NCBI GenBank assembly: GCA_046704725.1
Contig: JBJKRI010000005.1
Span: forward strand, 160,001-224,000
DNA from: Candidatus Woesearchaeota archaeon
GTDB taxonomy: Archaea; Nanobdellota; Nanobdellia; Woesearchaeales; SKIA01
Length of the DNA: 64,000 nucleotides
Direction of reading: 5' to 3'
The notes under the pieces are model-generated. The model was not told the DNA's origin, ran no database searches, and worked only from the letters and a program-made list of their open reading frames with translations. Shown here piece after piece: positions 1 to 8,985 of this stretch. Numbering within the stretch: the first letter of the stretch is position 1; each line of letters opens with the position of its first letter. The position numbers were made by a program, and so were the translations under genes.

Positions 1-4
1 GCGC

Positions 5-361
5 ATGCGCGTTCTTGAGACTTCGAGGAGCGAATGGGTCGTGCGGCTCACGGATGCGCACGCGGGATTCGCCTGTGAAGTCGACCTCGACCTGGCGCGT
101 CGGGCAGCGGAGAAGGGGTTGCCCATGGAACGCTCGTTCATAGAAGGCGTCGCGTACGCGCAGGGAGGGAAGGAACTCGTCTGGTATCGACGCGGAAGCT
201 CATTCTTCGATCAGTTAATAGACACCGCGGAATTGGGCGAACAATGCGTCAATCTCGCACGAGCGATGAAAAAGACCGTGGCTGGTATCCCTACCGGGGC
301 ACAAGTGTATCGAGCAGTGTCCGATACGACAGTGGAAGTCCCTCGCTATCAGCACCCGTGA
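5..361 (+). CDS. Hypothetical protein (118 aa)
   Basis: Open frame ending convergently next to the archaellin stop; no family recognised. Confidence 0.55.
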   Translation: MRVLETSRSEWVVRLTDAHAGFACEVDLDLARRAAEKGLPMERSFIEGVAYAQGGKELVWYRRGSSFFDQLIDTAELGEQCVNLARAMKKTVAGIPTGAQVYRAVSDTTVEVPRYQHP

Positions 362-364
362 TGC

Positions 365-943
365 CTACGGATACAGGTAGACGCGCTGCGTAGTGATCAC
401 GTCTGGGGTGTTGAACTCCACGAGAGTCGGCGTGCCGATCTTCGGGATGAAGTTCAGGCGGATATGCGCGTCCTGTCCGACGGAGTACGGCAGGGCGAAA
501 TCGACCTGGATGACATCTCCGCGCTGGAGGTTGCCGTCGATATGATTGGTCCCGTTGATGAGGTAGCTCACGCCGAACGTGCCTGTGGAATTGGTCGTGT
601 TGAACGTCGTGCCGCCGCTATAGACAAGGGTCGTCGTGGAGTTGTCCGTATCCTCCGTGAGGGTGACCTGATCGAGCTTGATCGGCTCGGAACCGGGGCT
701 GAGCTTCATCTGCATGCTCAGGTTCTCGAGGGTCTGGTCGGTGCCGTCCACACCGGATACTTCGATGACGCGGGCGTTCGTGGAGATCTCTCCCTTGGAC
801 TGCTCTCCGGTGGAGAGTGCCTTCTGCTGGAGACTGCCCGCTGTCTGCAACAACACTCCGGCCGCGACAGCCGCCACGAGGAGCATCGCGATGAAGATAA
901 TCAGTGTTCCGACGCCCATCTCGGCTTTCCGGTTGCTGTGCAT
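365..943 (-). CDS. flaB: Archaellin (archaeal flagellin)
   Basis: Class III signal RKA|EMGVGTLIIFIAMLLVAAVAAGVLL followed by LQQKA..TG, the archaellin N-terminal helix. Confidence 0.92.
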   Translation of the reverse strand: MHSNRKAEMGVGTLIIFIAMLLVAAVAAGVLLQTAGSLQQKALSTGEQSKGEISTNARVIEVSGVDGTDQTLENLSMQMKLSPGSEPIKLDQVTLTEDTDNSTTTLVYSGGTTFNTTNSTGTFGVSYLINGTNHIDGNLQRGDVIQVDFALPYSVGQDAHIRLNFIPKIGTPTLVEFNTPDVITTQRVYLYP

Positions 944-1079
944 GAGGCGTTTTCTCTAGTGCATCGTTTAAAAATATTTCGTATAGACCTTTGCGGCTTG
1001 CAGGGAGGCGATATGTGCCGTTCTTCCACCTGCACCCGCAATCCAATAGCGTTTTAAATGGTCATTTTTTGGCCTGGGG

Positions 1080-2447
1080 ATGGTCCGCGACTACACGACA
1101 GGCAACATGCTCCGCGCGATCGCAAGCCTGTCGGTGCCCATCGTTCTGGCGAACATGCTGCAGAGCGCCTACCAGATCGTGGACACCTTCTGGGTCGGTC
1201 GTCTGGGAGCGGACGCCGTGGCCGCGGTGTCACTGTCGTTCCCCGTCTTGTTCCTGTTCCTCAGCCTGGGAGCGGGTCTGGCGGTGGGCGGTTCGGTATT
1301 GGTCGCGCAATCCCTGGGGCGCAAGGACAAGAAGGGCGTCGAGCACTTCGCCACGCAAGCCACCATCTCCGTGCTCGCCGTATCGGTCGTCTTCGCGATC
1401 ATCGGGTATTTCCTGTCGGGCGCGGCGATGCGGCTGCTCGGGGCGTCAGCGGCGGTCTGGCCGCTCGCCACGCAATACCTGCAGATCAGCTTCATCGGCA
1501 TGCCCTTCCTCTTCGGCTACTTCATCTACATGAGCGTGACGCGCGGTGTTGGCGAAGTGCGTATCCCGCTCCTCATCGTGCTGTCCACCGTATTGCTGGA
1601 CCTCGTGCTCGATCCCTTGTTCATCTACGGCTGGTGGTTCATCCCGGCGTCGGGCGTCGCCGGGGCCGCGTGGGCGAGCGTTGGAACGCAGCTCGTGAGC
1701 ATGATCCTCGGATTCACCCTCTTGCTGCGGGGAACGCACGGCGTGCGGCTGCACTGGCGCGACGCGAAGCCGGACAAAGAGGCGCAGCAGCGCATACTCC
1801 AGATCGGGTTCCCGCAGAGCATCAACCAGAGCAGCCGGGCGGCCGGCCTGCTCATCATGGCAGGACTCGTCGCTGCCCTGGGGACCGAGGTCATCGCCGC
1901 GTACGGCATCGGCATCCGGATATTCAGCTTCATCATCATCCCCGCGGCCGGCATGGCCATCGCGACGCAGACCCTCGTAGGGCAGAACATCGGAGCGGGA
2001 AAACCCGACCGCGCGGAACAGGCCGTCAAGCTCTCCGGATGGATATCCGCATTGATCCTGACCGGCGTCGGCGCCCTGGTCTTCTTGTTCGCACGACCCT
2101 TGGCAGCGTTCTTCATCCCCAACGACGCGCAGGTCATCGCCATGAGCGCGCAGTTCCTGCGCATCATGTCCTGGTCGTTCGGCCTGTTCGCGGTGCAGTT
2201 CGCCATCGCCGGCGGCTTCCGCGGGACCGGCCACACGGTCAAGGCACTGGTCATCACGCTCATCAGCTTGTTCCTCGTGCAGATCCCCGTGGCGTACATC
2301 CTGTCCAATTTCACATCGCTCAAGGAGGTGGGATTCTGGATATCGATACCAGCGGCGAACGTGGTGGGAGCGGTCGTGGGCGTTCTCTGGTTCCGGACGG
2401 GATCGTGGCGCAAGCCCGCGAAGGGTTCCGTGGCAAGGCGTCAGTAG
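1080..2447 (+). CDS. MATE family efflux transporter
   Basis: PIVLANMLQSAYQIVDTFWVGRLG, LDPLFIYG, GVAGAAWAS, VGQNIGAG; about 12 TM segments. Confidence 0.95.
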   Translation: MVRDYTTGNMLRAIASLSVPIVLANMLQSAYQIVDTFWVGRLGADAVAAVSLSFPVLFLFLSLGAGLAVGGSVLVAQSLGRKDKKGVEHFATQATISVLAVSVVFAIIGYFLSGAAMRLLGASAAVWPLATQYLQISFIGMPFLFGYFIYMSVTRGVGEVRIPLLIVLSTVLLDLVLDPLFIYGWWFIPASGVAGAAWASVGTQLVSMILGFTLLLRGTHGVRLHWRDAKPDKEAQQRILQIGFPQSINQSSRAAGLLIMAGLVAALGTEVIAAYGIGIRIFSFIIIPAAGMAIATQTLVGQNIGAGKPDRAEQAVKLSGWISALILTGVGALVFLFARPLAAFFIPNDAQVIAMSAQFLRIMSWSFGLFAVQFAIAGGFRGTGHTVKALVITLISLFLVQIPVAYILSNFTSLKEVGFWISIPAANVVGAVVGVLWFRTGSWRKPAKGSVARRQ

Positions 2448-4159
2448 ATGTCGAGGGACCAGGCGCGCTCGAGGTACTCGTTCACCATGCGGTGCGTGTT
2501 GAAATAGCTCGCCAACGACAATGCGTGGACCATGTGCTCTTTCCAGCGGCCGGGATGGTCGTAGAAGACGCGGATGATGTGGCCGTACAACTCGTACAAT
2601 GATAATTGGTCCTGGCCGTCGTGGCGGTGGCGGATGGTCCAGCCCGCCTGCGGGTTCTTCGCGATGCCCTCGATCCACCAGCCGTCGAGCGTTGAGAGGT
2701 TGGGCACGCCGTTCGCGGCGGCCTTCATGCCTGACGTTCCAGACGCTTCCTGCGGCGGGACGGGATTGTTCTGCCAGAGGTCGCAGCCGGCGACCATCTT
2801 CTGGGCGATGGTCGTGTCGTAATCGTCGAGGAAGACGATGTCGACTTGTCCCTTGAGGCGCTCGGCGACGTCGCAGACGCGCTTGATGATGTCTTTTCCC
2901 TCCTGATCGGCGGGATGCGCCTCGCCCGCGAAGATGACCTGAAGCTTGCCTTTCGCGAGCTTGAGGAAGGCGTCGATATCGGCGAACATGAGGTCGGCGC
3001 GCTTGTAGGCGGCGAAACGCCTGGCGAAACCGATGGTGAGCAGGTCCTGTTTGAGCTCGCGGCCCGTGCGCTCCTTGACGAAATCCAAGAGCTCGGCCTT
3101 GGCCTTCTGGTGGGCGTCCCAGAGCTGGTCGGGATCGATGATGAGATAGCAATGGTCGAGGATGGACGGCTCATGACGCCAAGACGGCATCGTCTCGTCG
3201 AGCAACGCCTGCACGTGGGGCGACATCCAGGTGGGCAGGTGCACGCCGTTGGTGACCGAGTCGAAGCGATAGCCGGGGAACATGCGCCTGCTGACCTCCG
3301 CGTGGCGCTTGGCAACCCCGTTAGCGTATCTGCTCAGGTTCAATGCGAGGCGCGTCATGTTGCAATCCGGATGGCCGCCCAGGTCGAGGCTGCCCCAGGC
3401 GAAATCGTCCTTTCCGAGGACTTCGCGCATCATCTCGTAGGGGAATCGGTCGTGCCCGGCCGGGACGGGCGTGTGGGTGGTGAAGACGTGCGCGCTCTTG
3501 ACGAGCTTGTGGATCTGGGGGCGGTTGAACTTGTAGTAGCGCGAGAGGTAGAAGACATCCTCCATGGGGGCGAAGGCTCCGTGGCCCTCGTTCATGTGGA
3601 AGGTGTTTATCTTGCGGCAGCCGAGCTTGCGCAACACGCGCTTTCCTCCGATGCCGAGGATGGCCTCCTGCTTGAGGCGCCAGCGCAGGTCGCCGGCGAA
3701 GAGCCGGTCGGTGATGGGGCGGACTCGCGGGTCGTTCACGTCGAGGTGCGTGTCCAGGAACAATACGGGGACGAGGTGCTTGTCGCCGTGGCCCACGATG
3801 ATGCCGACGCGCGGCTCGACCCAGACAGTCCTTCCTTCGATGATGAGATTGATGCGCGCGTCGGGGATGGGAACGGTGTACTCGTCCACATCCCACGGCT
3901 CGGGATCCTCGGATTGGACGCCGTTGGTGAGCAGCTGGCGGAAAAAGCCGTCGCGATAGAGCAGGGTGAGGCCGGTGACGTTCAAGGAGAGGTCGGCGCA
4001 GCTACGGAGCAGGTCTCCGGCGAGGACTCCCAATCCACCGCTATAGGTGCGGATCACCGGCTCGAGCGCGATCTCCATGGACGCGTAGAAGGTCTCTGAG
4101 CCGCGGATGGTATCGAGGGCGTAGTCGATGCTGTCCGGCTTGAAGAAGGACTGTTCCAT
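2441..4159 (-). CDS. glgP: Alpha-glucan phosphorylase
   Basis: YSGGLGVLAGD, HMNEGH, FTTHTPVPAGHD, FARRFAAYKR, PLP-lysine EASGTSGMK; ATG at 4159 preceded by GAGGTGA. Confidence 0.95.
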   Translation of the reverse strand: MEQSFFKPDSIDYALDTIRGSETFYASMEIALEPVIRTYSGGLGVLAGDLLRSCADLSLNVTGLTLLYRDGFFRQLLTNGVQSEDPEPWDVDEYTVPIPDARINLIIEGRTVWVEPRVGIIVGHGDKHLVPVLFLDTHLDVNDPRVRPITDRLFAGDLRWRLKQEAILGIGGKRVLRKLGCRKINTFHMNEGHGAFAPMEDVFYLSRYYKFNRPQIHKLVKSAHVFTTHTPVPAGHDRFPYEMMREVLGKDDFAWGSLDLGGHPDCNMTRLALNLSRYANGVAKRHAEVSRRMFPGYRFDSVTNGVHLPTWMSPHVQALLDETMPSWRHEPSILDHCYLIIDPDQLWDAHQKAKAELLDFVKERTGRELKQDLLTIGFARRFAAYKRADLMFADIDAFLKLAKGKLQVIFAGEAHPADQEGKDIIKRVCDVAERLKGQVDIVFLDDYDTTIAQKMVAGCDLWQNNPVPPQEASGTSGMKAAANGVPNLSTLDGWWIEGIAKNPQAGWTIRHRHDGQDQLSLYELYGHIIRVFYDHPGRWKEHMVHALSLASYFNTHRMVNEYLERAWSLDIY

Positions 4160-4290
4160 GCTCACCTCTGCGTTCCGAGCGGGGCGTCCCCTTTAAGAGG
4201 TTTGTGCAGGTACTCCTAACGAGTGTTCTTGACGAATTTTTCAGAAAGCGTAAAAGGGATGCGCGCATGCAACGGTCGGGGTGATACTCG

Positions 4291-4362
4291 ATGGATGATG
4301 ATTGGTGGGACGAAGAATGGGAATACTTCGACGGCTACCTGCGGCTGAAGCAAGAGGCGTAA
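4291..4362 (+). CDS. Putative 23-aa acidic/aromatic micropeptide MDDDWWDEEWEYFDGYLRLKQEA
   Basis: GGGGTGA SD-like site before ATG; upstream aaagcgtaaaag promoter-like tract; below ORF-track cutoff. Confidence 0.4.
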   Translation: MDDDWWDEEWEYFDGYLRLKQEA

Positions 4363-4433
4363 GCGCCCGCTGGGAATCGAACCCAGGAATGACCGCTCTG
4401 CAGGCGGTTGCCTTACCGCTTGGCTACGGACGC
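4362..4433 (-). tRNA. tRNA-Cys(GCA)
   Basis: Acceptor GCGTCCG/CGGGCGC, discriminator U, anticodon arm ACCGC-CTGCAGA-GCGGT, T-loop GGTTCGATTCC; no intron, CCA not encoded. Confidence 0.95.
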
Positions 4434-4459
4434 GTCATTGCGGACGAGCGGCCGTCCGT

Positions 4460-4750
4460 TTAAATGGGTTTCTGCGCGTACGGACGGTCGGCGAAGAAAT
4501 CGAGCGTCCTGTACAACCGCCCGTCCGGATGGTCGTTCGCGTAGCCGCGCACCACACGATATAACGAGTGCGCGGCCAGGATACCAGTCCCGACCGCCAC
4601 CAGACCGACGAGATCCCGCGTGCTCTCCGGTCCGGGCGCGGTCGACCCGATCGCGGCACCCGCAGTCAACGCGGTGAGCTCGAGAGTGCGTCGGACTCCT
4701 CTCCAGTATGGGAGGTCTTTCAGGCGGGTCGCTGCGGGCTGTTTCTGCAC
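4460..4750 (-). CDS. Hypothetical membrane protein
   Basis: 96 aa with two hydrophobic segments; TATA-like tttaaaaa upstream. Confidence 0.5.
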   Translation of the reverse strand: MQKQPAATRLKDLPYWRGVRRTLELTALTAGAAIGSTAPGPESTRDLVGLVAVGTGILAAHSLYRVVRGYANDHPDGRLYRTLDFFADRPYAQKPI

Positions 4751-4785
4751 GGCCTGATAGGGTTTCGTGCCTTTTTAAATATGCG

Positions 4786-4890
4786 CTACAGGCAAGCCAC
4801 GCAGACGGCGACCCCGCCGAGCAAGGCGTACTCGTCGGCGCAGGTCACGCACATCTCGCGGCCGCAGCTCGCGCATTTTCCTTTTCGCAT
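4786..4890 (-). CDS. 34-aa Cys-rich microprotein (three CxxC pairs)
   Basis: MRKGKCASCGREMCVTCADEYALLGGVAVCVACL; GAAGGA upstream of ATG. Confidence 0.6.
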   Translation of the reverse strand: MRKGKCASCGREMCVTCADEYALLGGVAVCVACL

Positions 4891-4922
4891 GCGATCCTTC
4901 TGTGCAAGGGGGAAGAAGAGCC

Positions 4923-4982
4923 TTACGCGCGTGGATGTCCGGTGGACCACAAGAAGGGCACGATACGCTGGACGCTAGCCAT
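4923..4982 (-). pseudogene. Possible 5' remnant of a PhnB-like VOC gene
   Basis: MASVQRIVPFLW resembles the QKITPFLWF start of PhnB-type VOC proteins; ATG overlaps the end of the upstream VOC gene; stops after 19 codons. Confidence 0.35.
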
Positions 4983-5373
4983 GATTCTGCATCCTCGGGA
5001 AGGGTTGGAGCATGCTCAGGCGATTGCCCTCCGTGTCCTCGAAGCCGACGCTCAGGCCCACACCCGGAATCTCCGTCGGCTTTCCGCGCACCGTGCCGCC
5101 CGCTTTCTCGACGCGTTCCATCGCTTTTTTGATGTCCTCGACAGCGACGACCACCGCAGGAGCGTCGCCGGGACGCTTGGCATAGATGCCGCCGTTGATC
5201 GAGCCGGGCTTCTCGGGAAGCCCGTCCGCGCCAGGCTTGGAGGTCGTGACGATGACATAACTGCCCATGTCCTCGCCCAGCTGCTGGAGCCCCCACTCGA
5301 AGGCTTCACTGTAGAACGTCTTTGCGCGCGGGGTATCCTCCGCGGGAAGCTCGAAATGCACGACAGGGTCCAT
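4975..5373 (-). CDS. VOC family (glyoxalase/bleomycin resistance) protein
   Basis: MDPVVHFELPAEDTPRAKTFYSEAFEW, INGGI, VEKAGG, FEDTEGN. Confidence 0.92.
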   Translation of the reverse strand: MDPVVHFELPAEDTPRAKTFYSEAFEWGLQQLGEDMGSYVIVTTSKPGADGLPEKPGSINGGIYAKRPGDAPAVVVAVEDIKKAMERVEKAGGTVRGKPTEIPGVGLSVGFEDTEGNRLSMLQPFPRMQNHG

Positions 5374-5411
5374 CCGGGCGCTACGATGCGCGGGCATATA
5401 GGTGTTGTGCA

Positions 5412-5486
5412 TGACCCCGGAGGGATTTGAACCCTCGGCTTCCGGCTTAGAAGGCCAGCACTCTGTCCAGACTGAGTTACGGGGCC
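5412..5486 (-). tRNA. tRNA-Arg(TCT)
   Basis: Acceptor GGCCCCG/CGGGGTC, anticodon arm CTGGC-CTTCTAA-GCCGG, T-loop GGTTCAAATCC. Confidence 0.95.
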
Positions 5487-5550
5487 GAGGGCAGAAGACG
5501 GTTTGGAGTATAAAAAGGATGCACCGGCTGTGCAGCGATCTACCCACAGG

Positions 5551-5628
5551 TTTAAATAGAACTTCCAGCAAAGTGTCTGATATTCAGATAGAGTGACGGA
5601 AATGCAGCAGGATAATCTGAATTTCAGA
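5551..5628 (+). promoter_or_regulatory. TATA box plus two TCTGA-N3-TCAGA palindromes (candidate operator)
   Basis: tttaaata at 5551; perfect inverted repeats at 5576-5588 and 5616-5628, 40 bp apart, upstream of an AbrB-type regulator. Confidence 0.6.
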
Positions 5629-5684
5629 GTTGGTTGGGCGGATCCCCCGGCCGCCCAACCCCTCGCACTCCACAGGAGCGCACC

Positions 5685-5957
5685 ATGAAGCGCTTCCCCA
5701 AGCTCGTCTCGGCGGACAAGCGCGGGCAGTTCGTCATCCCCAAAGAGGTCCGCGACGCGCTCGACATCGACGAGACCACAGGATTCTACGTCTACATCAT
5801 CCCCGACGAGGGCATCCTGCTCAAGCGCGTCAACCCGCCAGACCTCGAGAACGACAAGACCGTCGACGACCTCAAGCAGCACGCCGAGCAGCTCGGCATC
5901 AGTCCCGAAGCGCTCGACCGCGCCATCAAGGACTACAAGAAGGAGGAAGGGCTATGA
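5685..5957 (+). CDS. AbrB/MazE/SpoVT family DNA-binding protein
   Basis: DKRGQFVIPKEVRDALDI...GILLK; AGGAG upstream. Confidence 0.88.
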   Translation: MKRFPKLVSADKRGQFVIPKEVRDALDIDETTGFYVYIIPDEGILLKRVNPPDLENDKTVDDLKQHAEQLGISPEALDRAIKDYKKEEGL

Positions 5958-8131
5958 AACGAGCGATACTCCTCCTCGCCCTCCTGCTCATCGCAGCGAC
6001 GAGCATCGACCAGCTCAACGCCGACTTCAACGCCGGCACGCTCACGAACGTGAACGTCACCAACAACAGCGTCATCCTCAACGGCACTCCAGGCAACTAC
6101 ACCGCGAGCGGAACTTTCCTCAGCAGCATCAAGGACCTCGGGAGCAACCCTGCGGCCACCATCAGCTGGACTGCGTTATCGGGCAGCGGCACGAGCCTGC
6201 TCGTGACGAGCCGGAGCGGGAACACGAGCACGCCCGACAGCAGCTGGAGCGCATGGGCAGGCCCGTACGCGAGCGCCGCCGGAAGCTTCGTGACAGCGCC
6301 GACCGGACGATACCACCAATACCGATTGCAGCTCGCGACCACGAACACGAGCAACACGCCGACCGTGCAGAGCGTCATGCTCACCTACAGCGAGCTCGGA
6401 CCGTCGATCGCGCGATCGAGCACGACAAGCAACCTCACCGAGCAGAGCTCGGGGACCTACTACTATTACGCCACCGCGCAAGACACCGTGCCAATCAGCG
6501 TCGAGGCACGATACAAGATCGGGAGCGACAACTATACAGCATACAGCGCCATGCCAAAATCGGGGAGCACCTACTACATCGGCATCCCGGAGCCGAGCGG
6601 GAACTGGAGCGCCCGCAAAGGCGAGACGCTGTACGTGAACGTGTACGCGAACGACAGCGAGAACCTCAGCACGAATACGACGCTCACCGAGCTCATCGAC
6701 AAGATCAACCAGCCGCCGGTGCTCCAGCCCATATCGAACACGACGGCGACAGAACGCGTGGAAAAGAAGATCTTCATCAGCGGATACGACCCGGACGGGG
6801 ACAACATCACCTTCGGAACGGACCACGGAGTCATCCAGAACCTGAGCGCGACCAGCGCGTACATCGTCTGGACGCCGAACGGAACCCAGACCGGTCTGGT
6901 CAACGTGACGGCGAGCGTGAACGACGGATACACGACGGTGAGCCAGACCTTCGTGGTGAACGTGACGAGCGTGAACGACCCACCGGTCATGGCGGCAGTG
7001 ACGAGCCAGAGCGGCTACTACGGCGACCAGATCGTCTTCGACATCACCGTCCACGACCTCGACCCCAATCAGACGCATATCTACACGGTGGATCCGCCGC
7101 TGTTCGCGGTCAAGGCGTACACCCCCGCGAACGCGAGCCAATACACATACTACGCGCGAGCGAACTTCACCGCGCTCGACAACCAGAAAGGATTCCACAA
7201 TCTCACGTTCACCGTGAGCGACGGTTACGCGACGAGCAGCCAGAACGCCACGCTCAACATCTCGTACTGCGGTGACGGCGTGTGCCAGACCAACGAGAAC
7301 GCGACAGCCTGCGCCGTCGATTGCGCCGCCGCCGTGGCCGCGCCGCAGTATATCGCGATCCAAGTTCCCGACCGGTTGTGCGTGAACAAGACCTTCGACG
7401 TCGAGACCTTCAGCGCTTCGAGCAGATACACTTGCCATTACCAGGGCAAGGCGTTCAACGGCGCCGCGTACTGCGCGCCCCTCGGAGGGGTCGGACTGAC
7501 CGTGTACGCCCTCGACAACGGGATGCGCACGCAGAGCGCGACGCTCACGACCTCAACCAATGGAACCGGTGGCTTCACGCCGCAATCCATCGGCGAGTAC
7601 AAGATCGACGCCGAGAAGACGAACTACATCGGCAGCTCCATCATCGTGACCGTCGGCGACTGCCTGGGGAACATCAGCACAGGTCAAGAGGTCGTCCACT
7701 TCCCGACGCCGCACGTCACGACACTACAGCAAGGACCGAGCGCGCAGAACAGCACGCCGCAGACGCAGCACCCTGCGCTCACACAGCAACAGACTTCGCT
7801 ATTGAGCATCATCATCTGGTACGTGCTCTTGCCCTTGCTGTTGGCGGCGCTCGTGTATACGGGAAACGCCTACTACGAGATCAACAAGGACACGGACGCT
7901 CGCATCCTGCGGGCACGGCTCGCGCTGACAGAACTCTACATCCGGATGACGCCGACAGTGGTGCGGGCGTGGGAGACGATAAAGCCGATCGTGGCACCCC
8001 CTGCGAGATTCGTATGGAACTTCGCGCTCGAACCGTTCTGGCACCTCATCCTGCGGCCCGTCTGGAAGGTCATCAAGCCGTACGCTGAGCAGGTGGGCGA
8101 GATCCTGCGCTGGATCTTCCGACGCATCTAG
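5954..8131 (+). CDS. Large membrane-anchored surface glycoprotein with cadherin/Ig-like repeats
   Basis: Signal peptide; NQPPVL and NDPPVM repeats with DPDGD; CGDGVC..E....C..DC motif; many NxS/T sequons; C-terminal TM; ATGA overlap with upstream regulator. Confidence 0.8.
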   Translation: MKRAILLLALLLIAATSIDQLNADFNAGTLTNVNVTNNSVILNGTPGNYTASGTFLSSIKDLGSNPAATISWTALSGSGTSLLVTSRSGNTSTPDSSWSAWAGPYASAAGSFVTAPTGRYHQYRLQLATTNTSNTPTVQSVMLTYSELGPSIARSSTTSNLTEQSSGTYYYYATAQDTVPISVEARYKIGSDNYTAYSAMPKSGSTYYIGIPEPSGNWSARKGETLYVNVYANDSENLSTNTTLTELIDKINQPPVLQPISNTTATERVEKKIFISGYDPDGDNITFGTDHGVIQNLSATSAYIVWTPNGTQTGLVNVTASVNDGYTTVSQTFVVNVTSVNDPPVMAAVTSQSGYYGDQIVFDITVHDLDPNQTHIYTVDPPLFAVKAYTPANASQYTYYARANFTALDNQKGFHNLTFTVSDGYATSSQNATLNISYCGDGVCQTNENATACAVDCAAAVAAPQYIAIQVPDRLCVNKTFDVETFSASSRYTCHYQGKAFNGAAYCAPLGGVGLTVYALDNGMRTQSATLTTSTNGTGGFTPQSIGEYKIDAEKTNYIGSSIIVTVGDCLGNISTGQEVVHFPTPHVTTLQQGPSAQNSTPQTQHPALTQQQTSLLSIIIWYVLLPLLLAALVYTGNAYYEINKDTDARILRARLALTELYIRMTPTVVRAWETIKPIVAPPARFVWNFALEPFWHLILRPVWKVIKPYAEQVGEILRWIFRRI

Positions 8132-8169
8132 CGGCAAAGGATTAAGAGGACTGACGCGTTCCCGCTCGC

Positions 8170-8985
8170 ATGCAGGTCAACCGTATCCTCATCGACGGCA
8201 ACGGACGCGCCTTCGTGCAGCAGAAAGGGCAGGACGTGCACTGCCAGCACGGACGCATACGCGCAGCCGATATAGAAGGAGCGGCGAACGGCGATGTTGT
8301 CAATAGCGACCTGGGCGTTGCGCTCGTCGTGATCGCGCCGGCGTTCATCGACCGCTACAAGCGCATCCATCGCGACGCGCAGATCATCACCCTCAAGGAC
8401 GCGGGCGTCATCCTCGCCACTGCCGGGCTCGGATCCGAGAGCGTCGTCGCGGAGGCGGGATCGGGCTCGGGAGCGCTCACCATCTTTCTCGCGCGGCACT
8501 GCAAGCAAGTCTACAGCTATGATATCGACAAGGAGAAGCAAGCGGTGGCGAGAGAGAACGTCGCGCTCTTCTCCATGGAGAACGTGACCTTCCGCGAACA
8601 GGACGCGGCAGCAGGCATACCCGACAACGAACTCGATTGTCTCATCCTCGACTTGCCCGAGCCATGGAACGCGCTGCACGTCGGGGCATTGCGCGTGGGC
8701 GGATATGTCGTGACGTACACGCCGAGCACCACACAGCTCCACAAGACGCGCGAAGCGGCTGAGAAAGCGGGGCTTTCGCACGTGCGCACCGTCGAGGTGA
8801 CCGAACGGCACTGGATGGTGCGCGGACAGGCCGTGCGTCCGACGAGCAGGAACGTCGCGTTCACCGCATTCCTCTCGTTCTTCCGCTGGTACGGCAAGAA
8901 ATGGAAGACGATACGGTCGAAAGAGCCGCCGAAAGGGGAAGGCATGCGCATGCCCCCCGAGGATGTCATGCGCGAGGCGTTCTGA
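8170..8985 (+). CDS. trmI: tRNA (adenine-N1)-methyltransferase, TrmI/GCD14 family
   Basis: AQIITLKD, EAGSGSGALT, LDLPEPW, VRP....FTAFL. Confidence 0.9.
   Translation: MQVNRILIDGNGRAFVQQKGQDVHCQHGRIRAADIEGAANGDVVNSDLGVALVVIAPAFIDRYKRIHRDAQIITLKDAGVILATAGLGSESVVAEAGSGSGALTIFLARHCKQVYSYDIDKEKQAVARENVALFSMENVTFREQDAAAGIPDNELDCLILDLPEPWNALHVGALRVGGYVVTYTPSTTQLHKTREAAEKAGLSHVRTVEVTERHWMVRGQAVRPTSRNVAFTAFLSFFRWYGKKWKTIRSKEPPKGEGMRMPPEDVMREAF

Noticed and set aside
1058-4099. Long alternative-frame ORFs (1058-2602, 1446-3152, 2846-4099)
   Set aside because: Arg/Gly-rich shadow frames of the high-GC MATE and glgP genes
4362-5486. Integrated element between tRNA-Cys and tRNA-Arg
   Set aside because: No duplicated tRNA 3' end and no integrase seen
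5630-5953. N-terminal extension of the 833-aa ORF
   Set aside because: Overlaps the AbrB gene in another frame; the signal peptide begins at ATG 5954
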